Source: an uncultured Candidatus Saccharibacteria bacterium (lineage in GTDB: Bacteria > Patescibacteriota > Saccharimonadia > CAILAD01 > JADZBC01). From it: a stretch of 64,000 nucleotides of DNA. The DNA lies in the NCBI GenBank assembly GCA_964436255.1, contig CAYTBW010000002.1, positions 616-64,615 of the forward strand, read 5' to 3'. How positions within the stretch are numbered: position 1 is the first letter of the stretch; the number at the start of each line of letters is the position of its first letter. The notes under the pieces were generated by a model. That model saw only the letters and a list, made by a program, of their open reading frames with translations. It was not told the DNA's origin and searched no databases. Below are positions 39,333-48,985 of the stretch, piece by piece. The position numbers and the translations under genes are program-made.

Positions 39333-39819
39333 GCGTCTTGATGGCCCGTATCGCCTTGGCTATATTAGGCCGTACCACAGCCCGGCTTTAGCTCGACTGT
39401 TTCAGTCTGCGCTCGATCAAGATTTTAGCTATTACAGCGATTCATATTTGGACCAGACGCGCCGTCAGAATACTGCGCCTAAGCTTGCTCTGGGTAGTTT
39501 GCGCCCTGATAGGATGCTGATTGGCCTATGGAGTGATGATTCTCTAGTGGGATATATTATTGGGGCTACGCGACCGGGCGAAGACAGTGGTGATATATTT
39601 TGGCTTTATGTCGAGCCCGAGCATCGTGGTCGCGGCCTGGGGGCCGATCTGCTCATGGAGTCAGTTGGCTGGTTGCAGCAGAAAGGCCTCAAGAGCGTTG
39701 AGCTTGTAACGTATGACCATGCAGAGTTTTATAAAAAGCATAACTTCAATCTGGAGCGAGTAGCCAAGGGCTTTATTGGCGGCCAAGATGTGTATATTAT
39801 GAAGAGGTCACTATTATGA
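39325..39819 (+). CDS. GNAT N-acetyltransferase
   Basis: LYVEPEHRGRGLG, AEFYKKHNF. Confidence 0.9.
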   Translation: MAKRLDGPYRLGYIRPYHSPALARLFQSALDQDFSYYSDSYLDQTRRQNTAPKLALGSLRPDRMLIGLWSDDSLVGYIIGATRPGEDSGDIFWLYVEPEHRGRGLGADLLMESVGWLQQKGLKSVELVTYDHAEFYKKHNFNLERVAKGFIGGQDVYIMKRSLL

Positions 39820-41219
39820 ACAAGTCTCATCCTAAAAAGAAACCCACAGCCCGCCACAAGGAGCCTGTGTACATGCCACCACTTCCGCGTCGAGCAAGCG
39901 CGAAACGGAAGATCAACTGGCCGAGATTCGCTGCTTGGTTGGCAATTACCCTGGGCCTTATGGCTGTTGCGTATTTTACGTATGCATACATTATGGCCGG
40001 CAGTACTCCGCAGACTCGGGATTTATTGACTCGTCTCGTAAACCCCCAGCAACCAAAGCCGAAGTTCGGCAAAGTTATTACCACCGAGCCAGTCGTTAGT
40101 TACGATGTGAATTCTACCAAAGCACTTATTCTGCAGGCCAATAAGGGCTACGTGCTGCCTGTGCAATCGGGAATCAATAAACAGGTGGTTCGCTACACGT
40201 CGTCAGACGAGGAGGGTCGAGAGGTGCCAGTGTATGCGCGCGTATATACTCCGGCAGGAACTACGGCGAACTCTGATTTACCTGTTTTCGCATTCGCTCC
40301 AGGGACTACCGGCATAGATGACAGGTGTGCTGCGAGCTTAGAGAAGCCAGCTGTCGCCAACTGGGCGAACTATGATTCCTTAATGGCTGCTTATGCGGCT
40401 CAGGGGTACGCTGTGGTAATTACTGACTACCAGGGCATGCGCGACCCAGATCGAACCCACCATTATATGGTTGGTGCCCAGGAGGGCCGCGCTGTGCTGG
40501 ATAGTATTCGCGTGCTGGAGAATTTGCCCGCCACAAAGGGGGCTATTGATGCGGAGAATATATTCGTAGCTGGCTACTCACAGGGTGGGCATGCTGCACT
40601 CTGGGCAGACATGATTGCCGATGATTATGCCCCTGAGCTGGACATAAAGGGCCTCGTTGGTTTTGGCCCTGTTAGCGATGTACAGACAACGCTCGCCGAC
40701 ATAACACGCGGAGCAAACATAAATTGGTTCGGACCTTTCATACTTACAGCGTACCAAGACTACTACCGTAGCAATTACGACCTGAGCTCATATTTGCTGC
40801 CAAAGTGGCAACAAGGCATTAAGTCGGATATCGCCACGCAGTGTATAAACACCGTGATCCCGCACTGGGGCAAAAACTCAGCCGCCATATACCAGCCTGC
40901 GTTCTTGAGCGCATTGTTGCGCGGAGACCTGTCTGGCAATTATAGTGATTTGGCTCGCGACCTCGCTAAGAATCGTGCGGGTACAATCTCTACCCCTACC
41001 GCTAAGTTAATTAACCATGGTCAAAAGGATAACGTTGTATTGCCGAGCCAGTCCGAGGCATTGCGACAAAGGCTGTGCCGCTTGGGCGGCGGCCAGGTCA
41101 CCGTCAAGTATTACCCCACGGCTACTCATTACGATACCATGGCCCAGAGTTTCAATGACACGATGAATTGGATGTCGGCCGTACGGTCAGGCCAGCCTAC
41201 TACTTCAAGTTGCCAATGA
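39816..41219 (+). CDS. Membrane-anchored secretory lipase (alpha/beta hydrolase)
   Basis: TM; GTTG...CA, VVITDYQG, GYSQGG, HG..D.V, H. Confidence 0.88.
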   Translation: MNKSHPKKKPTARHKEPVYMPPLPRRASAKRKINWPRFAAWLAITLGLMAVAYFTYAYIMAGSTPQTRDLLTRLVNPQQPKPKFGKVITTEPVVSYDVNSTKALILQANKGYVLPVQSGINKQVVRYTSSDEEGREVPVYARVYTPAGTTANSDLPVFAFAPGTTGIDDRCAASLEKPAVANWANYDSLMAAYAAQGYAVVITDYQGMRDPDRTHHYMVGAQEGRAVLDSIRVLENLPATKGAIDAENIFVAGYSQGGHAALWADMIADDYAPELDIKGLVGFGPVSDVQTTLADITRGANINWFGPFILTAYQDYYRSNYDLSSYLLPKWQQGIKSDIATQCINTVIPHWGKNSAAIYQPAFLSALLRGDLSGNYSDLARDLAKNRAGTISTPTAKLINHGQKDNVVLPSQSEALRQRLCRLGGGQVTVKYYPTATHYDTMAQSFNDTMNWMSAVRSGQPTTSSCQ

Positions 41220-41617
41220 ACTTCTTTGTTTCAGGCCGAATCGATGACATAGAGGATGTTCGCGCGGTGATGCGCAAGATTGTTGCCTCAGGCCACAAGA
41301 TTACTCACGATTGGACTAAGACCGATACATTTTTGGGGAGCACTACAGACAAGCTGAATGATGTTGCCGAGTCAGGTTTACGCGCGTCTAATGACATCCA
41401 GGGAGTACTTGATGCAGATGTTTATGTACTCGTGAGCAGTAACGCTACAGTTGGCAAGGGAATGTATGTAGAGCTCGGCGCAGCCCTCGCAGCCCAGCAA
41501 TTAGGCGGTAAGACGAAGGTCTATATCATCGGCCCCATGAACCATCTCTCGGTCTTCTATTTGCACCCCGCAGTTTTACACAAGGACACAATCGAAGATG
41601 TGTTCGACTCTTTATGA
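41216..41617 (+). CDS. Nucleoside 2-deoxyribosyltransferase-like protein
   Basis: THDWT, DIQGVLDADVYV, G.YVELGAA; ATGA overlap with the lipase. Confidence 0.7.
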   Translation: MNFFVSGRIDDIEDVRAVMRKIVASGHKITHDWTKTDTFLGSTTDKLNDVAESGLRASNDIQGVLDADVYVLVSSNATVGKGMYVELGAALAAQQLGGKTKVYIIGPMNHLSVFYLHPAVLHKDTIEDVFDSL

Positions 41618-42139
41618 AGCTAGCAGCAATAGATACATTTGCAAGTAGAATAAATTCGTGTTGAACAGCTGAATAGTCCAAAAGTATCTATAAGGCAAGA
41701 CCCCAGAGACCGGGTACCCTGCGATGATAATGGCCTCGGTAATGATGAGTGCAAGCCTAGCCTGGCTCGGCAGTGATAGTGTGAAGATGGCGACGACTCC
41801 CATTGCAACCACGAAGAAGCTCATAACATAAGCGAGCGCTGTGTGAGCTGGCAGGTACCTGCCCCTCGCCGGTACAACCGCTTGTAGCCACTCGGTTATG
41901 ATGCCTGCAATGGCTAGGGAAAAGAGGATTTTACTATCGTAGTAGATGTAGAACAGTCCGTAGCTGAAGACGGCGAAAGCGAGCCCGCCAATGAAGTGGG
42001 CGGCGACATATATGGAAAGCGATAGGTCGTCTTCAACGGCACGCTCGCTGATTGTGGGCCTGCCCTTGCCGCGGTGGCGGAGCAGTAGGTATCCGTGAGT
42101 GAGGTTTGTGGCTAGAAAAGAGATAAGGAGGGCTTGCAT
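41612..42139 (-). CDS. Hypothetical multi-pass membrane protein
   Basis: About 6 hydrophobic helices; TAAAAT 6 nt before ATG. Confidence 0.7.
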   Translation of the reverse strand: MQALLISFLATNLTHGYLLLRHRGKGRPTISERAVEDDLSLSIYVAAHFIGGLAFAVFSYGLFYIYYDSKILFSLAIAGIITEWLQAVVPARGRYLPAHTALAYVMSFFVVAMGVVAIFTLSLPSQARLALIITEAIIIAGYPVSGVLPYRYFWTIQLFNTNLFYLQMYLLLLAS

Positions 42140-42155
42140 GGTACTATTTTACATC

Positions 42156-42187
42156 AAAACAAAAACCGCCCTGAGTATTGGACGGAA
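42156..42187 (-). terminator. Intrinsic terminator of rplU
   Basis: ccgtcc-aatactca-gggcgg-tttttgtttt on the minus strand. Confidence 0.65.
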
Positions 42188-42192
42188 ATGTT

Positions 42193-42498
42193 TTAGGCCT
42201 TGATATCAGTGATAGTGAGTTCAGCGTACTTTTGGCGATGGCCAGTCTTGGTGCTTTGTCGCTTCTTGGCTTTGTATTTCAAGATAACAACTTTTTTGCC
42301 CTTAACTTGATCTTCGGCAACGGTGGCTTTAACCACGGCGTTTTCTAGAACCGGCTTGCCAACCTGTACGTTATCTCCATCAATAATCATGAGTGGCTTA
42401 AACTCAACAGCCTTCTCGTCGCCAAGAAGTTCGGTCTGGATCTTTTGACCCTTTTCTACGATGTACTGCTTTGAGCCAGCTTCAATTACTGCAATCAT
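42193..42498 (-). CDS. rplU: 50S ribosomal protein L21
   Basis: AVIEAGSKQY..GKP..KYKAKK..GHRQKY. Confidence 0.96.
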   Translation of the reverse strand: MIAVIEAGSKQYIVEKGQKIQTELLGDEKAVEFKPLMIIDGDNVQVGKPVLENAVVKATVAEDQVKGKKVVILKYKAKKRQSTKTGHRQKYAELTITDIKA

Positions 42499-42634
42499 AT
42501 GATTCCTCGTTTTTTGTTAGTCAATAAACAATCTTAGCAGATTCGGTAGTGTTTGTAAACGTCTTGGGGCTGATGAAATTGGCTGGCTGTATCTGTTGAT
42601 GCATGCTAGAATAGGTAAGACAAAGGAGGGTGAA

Positions 42635-43396
42635 GTGTCTCATATTATTGCTATAGCCAATCAAAAAGGCGGGGTAGGGAAAACCACGACCAGTATCAAC
42701 CTGGGCGCTTATTTGGCAAAGCAAGGGCAAAAGGTCCTGATAGTTGATCTTGACCCTCAGGGCAATAGCTCGAGCGGGCTGGCGATAGCTAAGAATCAGC
42801 TACCTTCAACCGCGTACAATGTGCTGGTAGAAGACGCACCAGCAGTAAGCGCCATCCAGCCTACTGGTGTACCGAAGCTAGATGTGCTGCCCGCCAACTC
42901 TGTCTTGGCTGCCGCCGAGCTAGAACTGTCGAACATACAACAGCGCGAATACCAATTAAGGAAGGCTCTCGGGAATTTGGAATACGACTATATACTGATT
43001 GACTGCCCGCCATCCCTTGGCTTATTAACTCTAAATGGCCTTGTGGCGGCTACCCACCTACTCATCCCCGTTCAATCCGAGTTCTACGCCCTTGAAGGCC
43101 TTGGGCAACTATTGGCTACCGTCAAGCGTGTTCGACAGGGTCTTAATCCGCAGCTGACCCTACTTGGTGTAGTGATTACTATGCATTCGTCCCGCACCAG
43201 CCTGGCCACCCAGGTACAAAAGGAACTCAAACATCACTTTCCAGATACATTGTTTGATACGATAATTCCGCGTAATATTAGGTTAGCAGAGGCGCCAAGC
43301 CATGGCCGGCCGATTAGTCAGTACGACCGGTTCTCAAAAGGCGCCCAGAGTTACAAAAAGTTAGCCAAGGAGGTAATGCAACGTGTCAGCAAGTAG
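42635..43396 (+). CDS. parA: Chromosome partitioning ATPase ParA/Soj
   Basis: NQKGGVGKTT, DLDPQGN, DCPPSLG, IPRNIRLAEAPS; GTG start after SD GGAGG. Confidence 0.96.
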   Translation: MSHIIAIANQKGGVGKTTTSINLGAYLAKQGQKVLIVDLDPQGNSSSGLAIAKNQLPSTAYNVLVEDAPAVSAIQPTGVPKLDVLPANSVLAAAELELSNIQQREYQLRKALGNLEYDYILIDCPPSLGLLTLNGLVAATHLLIPVQSEFYALEGLGQLLATVKRVRQGLNPQLTLLGVVITMHSSRTSLATQVQKELKHHFPDTLFDTIIPRNIRLAEAPSHGRPISQYDRFSKGAQSYKKLAKEVMQRVSK

Positions 43397-44279
43397 TCAA
43401 GGAAGCAGCCGTTTAGGTCGAGGCTTAGATAGTCTGATACCTACGGACATCGATGAGTTTGCAGCACCATCCATGCCGAAGGAGTTGGTCAAGGAAGGCG
43501 CGCGCGTCGAAGACTTAGGGATCAACGACATCGTCCCAAACCCAAACCAGCCCCGCTCGAACTTTTCCGATGAACAGTTGGGAGAGTTGGCCCAGTCGAT
43601 CAAGGAGCACGGGATTGTTCAGCCGTTGGTAGTCGTGCGTGAAGGTGGCACTTACCAGCTCATTGCCGGTGAACGTAGGCTGCGTGCCGCTAAGTTAGTT
43701 GGCCTCAAGACAGTGCCTGCAATTGTGCGAAGCTTTTCGCAGCAGGAGCAGCTAGAAGTCGCTTTGATAGAAAACATACAGCGAAGCGAGCTCAATGCAC
43801 TCGAACTAGCAAGTGCCTACGCTAAGTTGGCAGATCAGTTTAGTATGACGCTCGAGCAGATATCTCAGCGTGTGGGCAAGGCTGTATCCACCGTGGGTAA
43901 CATCATGAGGCTGCTGAATCTACCCCACGAAGCCAAGCAGGCGTTAAACGATGGCGTTATTACCGAAGGGCATGCCAGACAGATCCTTGCTGTAACTGGC
44001 CCAGAAGACCAGTTGCTATTCTTAGATATGATTATTAAGGGTGGACTGAATGTGCGTCAAGCCGAAGAGCTTGCTCGCAACTTTAAGAAAGAAGGCAAGG
44101 AGGCCGTTAAGAAGGTTGTAGAGAAGCAGACATACAACGCTCAACTGACTGCCGACCTTGGTAAGTACTTAGGCACCAAAGTTGATGTTCATAAGACCGC
44201 CAAAGGCGGCAAGCTCGTAATTGAATTCTATTCCGACGAAGAACTTGGCCGTTTGTACCACCAGATTCTCGGCGAGTAG
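43383..44279 (+). CDS. parB: Chromosome partitioning protein ParB/Spo0J
   Basis: LGRGLDSLI, PNPNQPR, IAGERRLRA, ENIQR. Confidence 0.96.
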   Translation: MSASSQGSSRLGRGLDSLIPTDIDEFAAPSMPKELVKEGARVEDLGINDIVPNPNQPRSNFSDEQLGELAQSIKEHGIVQPLVVVREGGTYQLIAGERRLRAAKLVGLKTVPAIVRSFSQQEQLEVALIENIQRSELNALELASAYAKLADQFSMTLEQISQRVGKAVSTVGNIMRLLNLPHEAKQALNDGVITEGHARQILAVTGPEDQLLFLDMIIKGGLNVRQAEELARNFKKEGKEAVKKVVEKQTYNAQLTADLGKYLGTKVDVHKTAKGGKLVIEFYSDEELGRLYHQILGE

Positions 44280-44309
44280 TTGAAAGTATGGCGCCAAACT
44301 TTTGAGGCC

Positions 44310-44338
44310 TTGACATATAGCCACAAGCGGTATACAAT
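44310..44338 (+). promoter_or_regulatory. Promoter of the Trp T-box operon
   Basis: TTGACA-17 bp-TACAAT. Confidence 0.8.
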
Positions 44339-44344
44339 ATTTTC

Positions 44345-44640
44345 AGTTCTTTGCAATATTTCAAAACCCATATTTGATTCCTGCACATATTTGTCGCAGG
44401 GTTGGGGTCAGATTTTCACTTAAGTGAAGGGTGGTTACTGCGTTAGTGGTAGCCCGGGTTCCTCCGTAATCATAGGATAGCTGTTGTCGTCTACGGTATG
44501 TAGAGTCTGAGTCAGCGAAGAGGTCTTTTTTCGTACAAGAAAGTACAGTCAAGACAAAGCAAGGTGGCACCGCGGTTTCATAGAATACCGCCCTTGTTGC
44601 ATATCTATTTAGGTATGCAATGAGGGCGGGATTTTTGTTT
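44345..44640 (+). promoter_or_regulatory. Transcriptional T-box riboswitch (Trp)
   Basis: AAGGTGGCACCGCG at 44561-44574 (UGGC matches tRNA-Trp G73); antiterminator caagg/ccttg plus gcggt/accgc; overlapping terminator 44588-44640; ccgta/tacgg stem IIA/B; trpS downstream. Confidence 0.9.
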
Positions 44641-44672
44641 CCCGCAGACCCAATCCATGAAAGGAGAGCCTG

Positions 44673-44684
44673 ATGGACTGGTGA
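44673..44684 (+). other. Candidate mini-uORF Met-Asp-Trp-stop
   Basis: SD AAGGAG (44661-44666), 6-nt spacer, ATG GAC TGG TGA. Confidence 0.4.
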
Positions 44685-44765
44685 GAAATGGGTACGGCAC
44701 CCTTATGCCGACTAACGGTGCCCCGGGAGTTTACGCTCTCGGGGCACCACCCCCAAAGGAAGAAT

Positions 44766-45488
44766 ATGAAAGTTATACAAAACAATAATCCGTCAAAGTA
44801 CAAGGTTACACTTGTCGGTTGCGTCCATGGTAATGAACGTTTCGGCAAGGTAGCTTTTGAGTACTTTGAAAAAGAACTGTCCAGGTTCCCCGGGCTGACG
44901 ATAATATTGGCTAACGAGGAAGCTATGGCGCTGCGTAAGAGGTGTGTGGACGCTGACCTTAACAGGTCGTTCCCTGGGAACCCGCTAGGGAATACAGAGG
45001 AGAGGTTAGCTCACGAACTTTTGTCTGTGATTGATCCTGCCAGCTTTGTTCTAGATATTCATTCAACTCGATCGGAGATGAAAATGATACCAATAGTAAC
45101 GAACCTGTCTGGCCGGACTCGCAAGATCATGAACCATCTCGCTGAAACTGATGTCGTCTACATGAAAGGTGGTTTCGGCTCGCTTATAAGTCAGTTTAGA
45201 GCGGCCGTCTCGCTCGAATACAACGATGCGTACTCCAAAGAATCTCGTAATATTCCACAACTAGATAAACTGGTCTCAGCGCTCTTGTCTGGTGGTCATA
45301 AGCCGACTAAGACCCACCGTGTATTTGAGTGCCTTGGAAAGATCCCCCTGGATGTGCCAGTGTCTGCTGCCGCAAAGAATTTTGAGGTGATGGAGGGCAC
45401 GAATATTATCCCGTTCTTGCCAAGGCGGGTGCCGTTTCGTGGTTCAAAGGGCTTCTACTTGAGCAAGCCGAAAGCATTAAAGTGTTAA
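44766..45488 (+). CDS. Succinylglutamate desuccinylase/aspartoacylase (M14-like) family protein
   Basis: GCVHGNE, DLNRSFPG, LDIHS, SLE. Confidence 0.85.
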   Translation: MKVIQNNNPSKYKVTLVGCVHGNERFGKVAFEYFEKELSRFPGLTIILANEEAMALRKRCVDADLNRSFPGNPLGNTEERLAHELLSVIDPASFVLDIHSTRSEMKMIPIVTNLSGRTRKIMNHLAETDVVYMKGGFGSLISQFRAAVSLEYNDAYSKESRNIPQLDKLVSALLSGGHKPTKTHRVFECLGKIPLDVPVSAAAKNFEVMEGTNIIPFLPRRVPFRGSKGFYLSKPKALKC

Positions 45489-45499
45489 GGAGAAACAAC

Positions 45500-46519
45500 A
45501 TGAAAGCTAAAACTATACTTACAGGCGACCGTCCTACGGGCAAACTACACCTTGGTCATTACTTGGGCACGTTAGAGAATCGCGTGAAGCTACAGGATGA
45601 TTACGAATCACTCATCATGCTTGCGGATGTCCAAGCTTTGACTGATAACTTTGATAACCCCAAAAAAGTTCGCGAAAGTGTCTACGAGGTTGCTCTGGAC
45701 AACTTAGCAGTCGGTCTAGACCCGGCAAAGTCCCACCTGTTTATACAGTCTATGGTCCCGGAGATTGCAGAGCTGACGGTATATTTCATGAACTTAGTTA
45801 CGCTCGCGCGACTGAAGCGAAATCCGACAGTTAAGTCCGAGATGGAGCAGAAAGGCTTTGGGAGCAACGTTCCTGTTGGGTTCTTGAATTACCCAGTTTC
45901 TGAAGCTGCAGATATCTTGGCGTTTGGCACAGACCTGGTGCCCGCGGGGGAAGACCAGCAGCCGATGGTTGAGCAGACTCGTGAGATTGTGCGAAAGTTC
46001 AATCGTACATATGGCGTGACGTTTAAGGTTCCTGAGATACTTGTAGGCAGAATAGCGCGTCTTGTCGGTACAGATGGTAGCGCGAAGATGAGTAAAAGCC
46101 TAGGGAACGTGATCTATCTATCTGACGATGCGGCCGCAGTAGAGAAGAAGGTTATGGGTATGTACACAGATCCAAATCGCCTAAAAGCGGACGATGCAGG
46201 GAGTATACAGAACAACCCCGTGTTTATATATCTTGATGCCTTTGCGACCACAAACCATCTCGATACACTCGGGAAACTCAAGGAGCGATATATCCGGGGC
46301 GAAGTGGGGGACGTTGAGGTGAAGCGCTACCTTGCACTCGTACTTAATGAATTCCTTGACCCTATAAGAGAGAGGAGAGCATTCTATGAAGCCCGGCCAG
46401 AATTGGTCCAACAGATCCTTAAGGATGGCACCAAGGCAGCTAGGGAGTTAGCAGCTGAGACATTGGTTAAGGTGAAAAGTGCAATGCAACTCGATTACGA
46501 TAAAGACGGAATTATGTGA
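45500..46519 (+). CDS. trpS: Tryptophan--tRNA ligase
   Basis: TGDRPTGKLHLGH, YPVSEAADIL, GEDQ, KMSKS. Confidence 0.97.
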   Translation: MKAKTILTGDRPTGKLHLGHYLGTLENRVKLQDDYESLIMLADVQALTDNFDNPKKVRESVYEVALDNLAVGLDPAKSHLFIQSMVPEIAELTVYFMNLVTLARLKRNPTVKSEMEQKGFGSNVPVGFLNYPVSEAADILAFGTDLVPAGEDQQPMVEQTREIVRKFNRTYGVTFKVPEILVGRIARLVGTDGSAKMSKSLGNVIYLSDDAAAVEKKVMGMYTDPNRLKADDAGSIQNNPVFIYLDAFATTNHLDTLGKLKERYIRGEVGDVEVKRYLALVLNEFLDPIRERRAFYEARPELVQQILKDGTKAARELAAETLVKVKSAMQLDYDKDGIM

Positions 46520-46579
46520 AACATCGCAGTGTGAGTGCTTTCTTTGTGCCCCTTGCAGCACAGACTGGATGTTTAGTTA

Positions 46580-47419
46580 CTAGTACGTAGGGTGCTTAAG
46601 CGGGCCGAGCTCGTTAATAGGCAAGAGTCGGGCTGTGGCGACCCCTACGATATCAAACCTAGGTAGCTGCCCCCACTCCCGTGAATCAAAGCTGCCGTTT
46701 GGCGCACGGTTGTCACCGACTACAAAATATTTCCCTTCTTCTACTACTTCGTCAATTTCGCCCTGGGTGGTAAGTGACTGGTCGATGTAGGGCTCGTTGA
46801 GCTCTAGGCCGTCTGGGTTGGCATCGTTATATATCGTAAACTTCCCGTTCTTCAGGACAACACGTTCACCAGGTAGCCCAATCAGGCGCTTAATGAAGAA
46901 AGTACCAGGACTATTTGGGTAGCGGAATACCAGTACGTCTCCTCGTTTCAGGTCTAGGCTCGTGTCCATGCCTAGGCCGGCTTTGATTGTGGTAAGCGTA
47001 AAACCAACCTTGTCGATAATAAGGTAGTCGCCGTCTTGGAAGCCTGGGTTCATACTGCTGCCGGAAACATAGAAGGCCTGGAAGACGAAACTGTGCAAGA
47101 ATAAAACTATAAGTCCCGGCAGAACGATCCAGCTGAATATCGTTTTTAGGACTCCAAGTATTGCGCTCGGCGCTCGTTCTTCCTCGAACTCCTCTTCGCT
47201 CGCGTCGGCCTGGTCTGCTTCTTGCTCTGCAGCTGGCTTCAGGGGTGGAGCGAGCTTAGGGTGAGTTTGTGGCTTGTCTGCCGGCGCCGCTTGAGCTGTC
47301 GCAGGAGCATGAGGGCTAGCAGGCGGCACAGCGTGGTCGTGCCGGGGCTGAGGTGGCGTGGTTCCTGGGTGAAGGCTAGGGGCTACTGGCTCAGTGCTGT
47401 TGTGCGGGTCTTGTTGCAT
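46580..47419 (-). CDS. lepB: Signal peptidase I with a Pro/His-rich N-terminal extension
   Basis: GSSMNP, FIKRLIGLPGE, GDNR..S.DSR.WG. Confidence 0.95.
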   Translation of the reverse strand: MQQDPHNSTEPVAPSLHPGTTPPQPRHDHAVPPASPHAPATAQAAPADKPQTHPKLAPPLKPAAEQEADQADASEEEFEEERAPSAILGVLKTIFSWIVLPGLIVLFLHSFVFQAFYVSGSSMNPGFQDGDYLIIDKVGFTLTTIKAGLGMDTSLDLKRGDVLVFRYPNSPGTFFIKRLIGLPGERVVLKNGKFTIYNDANPDGLELNEPYIDQSLTTQGEIDEVVEEGKYFVVGDNRAPNGSFDSREWGQLPRFDIVGVATARLLPINELGPLKHPTY

Positions 47420-47503
47420 GCTCATCATTATAGCTGGGCATAAGTGCTATTGGAAGAGCCATAAGCTTTACGAAGATAGTACCGAGCCATTATAATAACC
47501 TAA

Positions 47504-48985
47504 ATGGGCCTGAAGAAAACTACAAAGGGGGTGAGTGTTTCGTCGAGTCGCAACAGTGGAGGTGGCGACCCGGCTTTTATTTACGATCCAAAGAGTCGTA
47601 AAGTGAAGGGTAAACATAGGTTCAGGAGTGCAATAATCGTTCTTGCCCTCGTACTACTCGCAGGAGGCAGCGCGTTTGCTGCTAAGAGTTACCTTTCCTT
47701 GGGTAAGGTCATCCAGCGGAATACTGGGGTTAGTGCCGCTGGGCTGAAGGGCAAACTACAGTTATCTCAGCTTAAAGGCGAGGGCGAAGGGCGCATTAAT
47801 ATTCTACTGTTGGGGGTTGGGGATAGTACGCACTCGGGCGCAAAGCTGAGCGACACTATGATGGTTTTGAGCATTGACCCCCAGACGAACGATGTAGCCA
47901 TGCTTGGCATCCCAAGGGACTTATGGGTAAATGTGCCAGGATTTGGTTATAGCAAGATTAATGCAGCGCATGCCTATGGAGAGCAGCTTAAGAAGGACGG
48001 CGGACCAGATATGGCAAAGAAGGTAGTTAGTTCTGCACTTGGTGTACCGATCCACTATTTTTTTAGAACGGACTTCACGGCCTTTAAGCAGGCGGTTGAT
48101 TCTGTAGGTGGCGTTACAATTGACGTCAAGCAGGCACTATACGACGTCGAGTACCCTTGCGAAAAGAACCCTAATTTGTCATGTGGTTTTAAGCTGAAGG
48201 CTGGCGTACAGAAAATGGATGGCGCAACTGCTCTTAAGTACGTCAGGTGCCGTAAGGGAAACTGTGGCGATGATTTTGGTCGCGCACAGCGGCAACAGCA
48301 GGTTCTGGTTGCGCTTAAGGCCAAGGCTCTGAGCGCAAAGACTCTCCTGGATCCGGCCAAGCTCTCTGGCTTGATTGATACCGTAGGGAATAACATCCGC
48401 CTCGACTTACAGATAGGGGAAATCCAGCGCCTTATTGATATTAGCAAGAAAGTAGATAGCACAAAGATGGTTAATGCCGTCCTGGATAATGATGAGGCTA
48501 AGGGTACAAACTTGGTTCGCACTACAAATATTGGCGGGGCTAGTGTGGTTGTGCCTGCTGCTGGAATAGGCAATTATGCTCAGATTCAGAAGTTCGTTAA
48601 ATCCATATTTGTGGATGGGTATATCAAGCAAGAGAACGCACCAATCGAGGTACAGAACGGCACGACTCGACCAGGCCTGGCTCTGAGCGCAACAAACCTG
48701 CTTAAGGGATACAGCTATAACGTTATAAGTACTGTCTCTGCGGATCGCACTACGTATGCCAAGACACAGATCGTCGATTATAGTAATGGCAAGAATCCCT
48801 ACACTTTGCGATACTTAGAAAAGCGTTTTGGGGTAAAAGCAACGAAAGCTCAGAGCGTAGCGCCAAAGTCTATTCCACAAGCTTCTCCCGGCGCATCTCA
48901 GCCAAATATTACGGGCCAGGTATCGACGCAACCACAGATTACCATTACAATTGGAGCTGACTACAAGCCAACCAATTTATACTAA
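47504..48985 (+). CDS. LCP (LytR-CpsA-Psr) wall-polymer ligase with a LytR_C domain
   Basis: NILLLG.G, SDTMMV, IPRDLWV, DFGRAQRQQ, VQNGT..PGLA. Confidence 0.93.
   Translation: MGLKKTTKGVSVSSSRNSGGGDPAFIYDPKSRKVKGKHRFRSAIIVLALVLLAGGSAFAAKSYLSLGKVIQRNTGVSAAGLKGKLQLSQLKGEGEGRINILLLGVGDSTHSGAKLSDTMMVLSIDPQTNDVAMLGIPRDLWVNVPGFGYSKINAAHAYGEQLKKDGGPDMAKKVVSSALGVPIHYFFRTDFTAFKQAVDSVGGVTIDVKQALYDVEYPCEKNPNLSCGFKLKAGVQKMDGATALKYVRCRKGNCGDDFGRAQRQQQVLVALKAKALSAKTLLDPAKLSGLIDTVGNNIRLDLQIGEIQRLIDISKKVDSTKMVNAVLDNDEAKGTNLVRTTNIGGASVVVPAAGIGNYAQIQKFVKSIFVDGYIKQENAPIEVQNGTTRPGLALSATNLLKGYSYNVISTVSADRTTYAKTQIVDYSNGKNPYTLRYLEKRFGVKATKAQSVAPKSIPQASPGASQPNITGQVSTQPQITITIGADYKPTNLY

Noticed and set aside
44660-44700. 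ggagagcctgatg resembles the start of group II intron domain V
   Set aside because: The complementary 3' strand (..cacgtcaggttc-like) and domain VI are absent, and there is no RT gene
46508-46524. parS-like half site gtgaaaca near parAB
   Set aside because: Only one arm of TGTTTCACGTGAAACA is present
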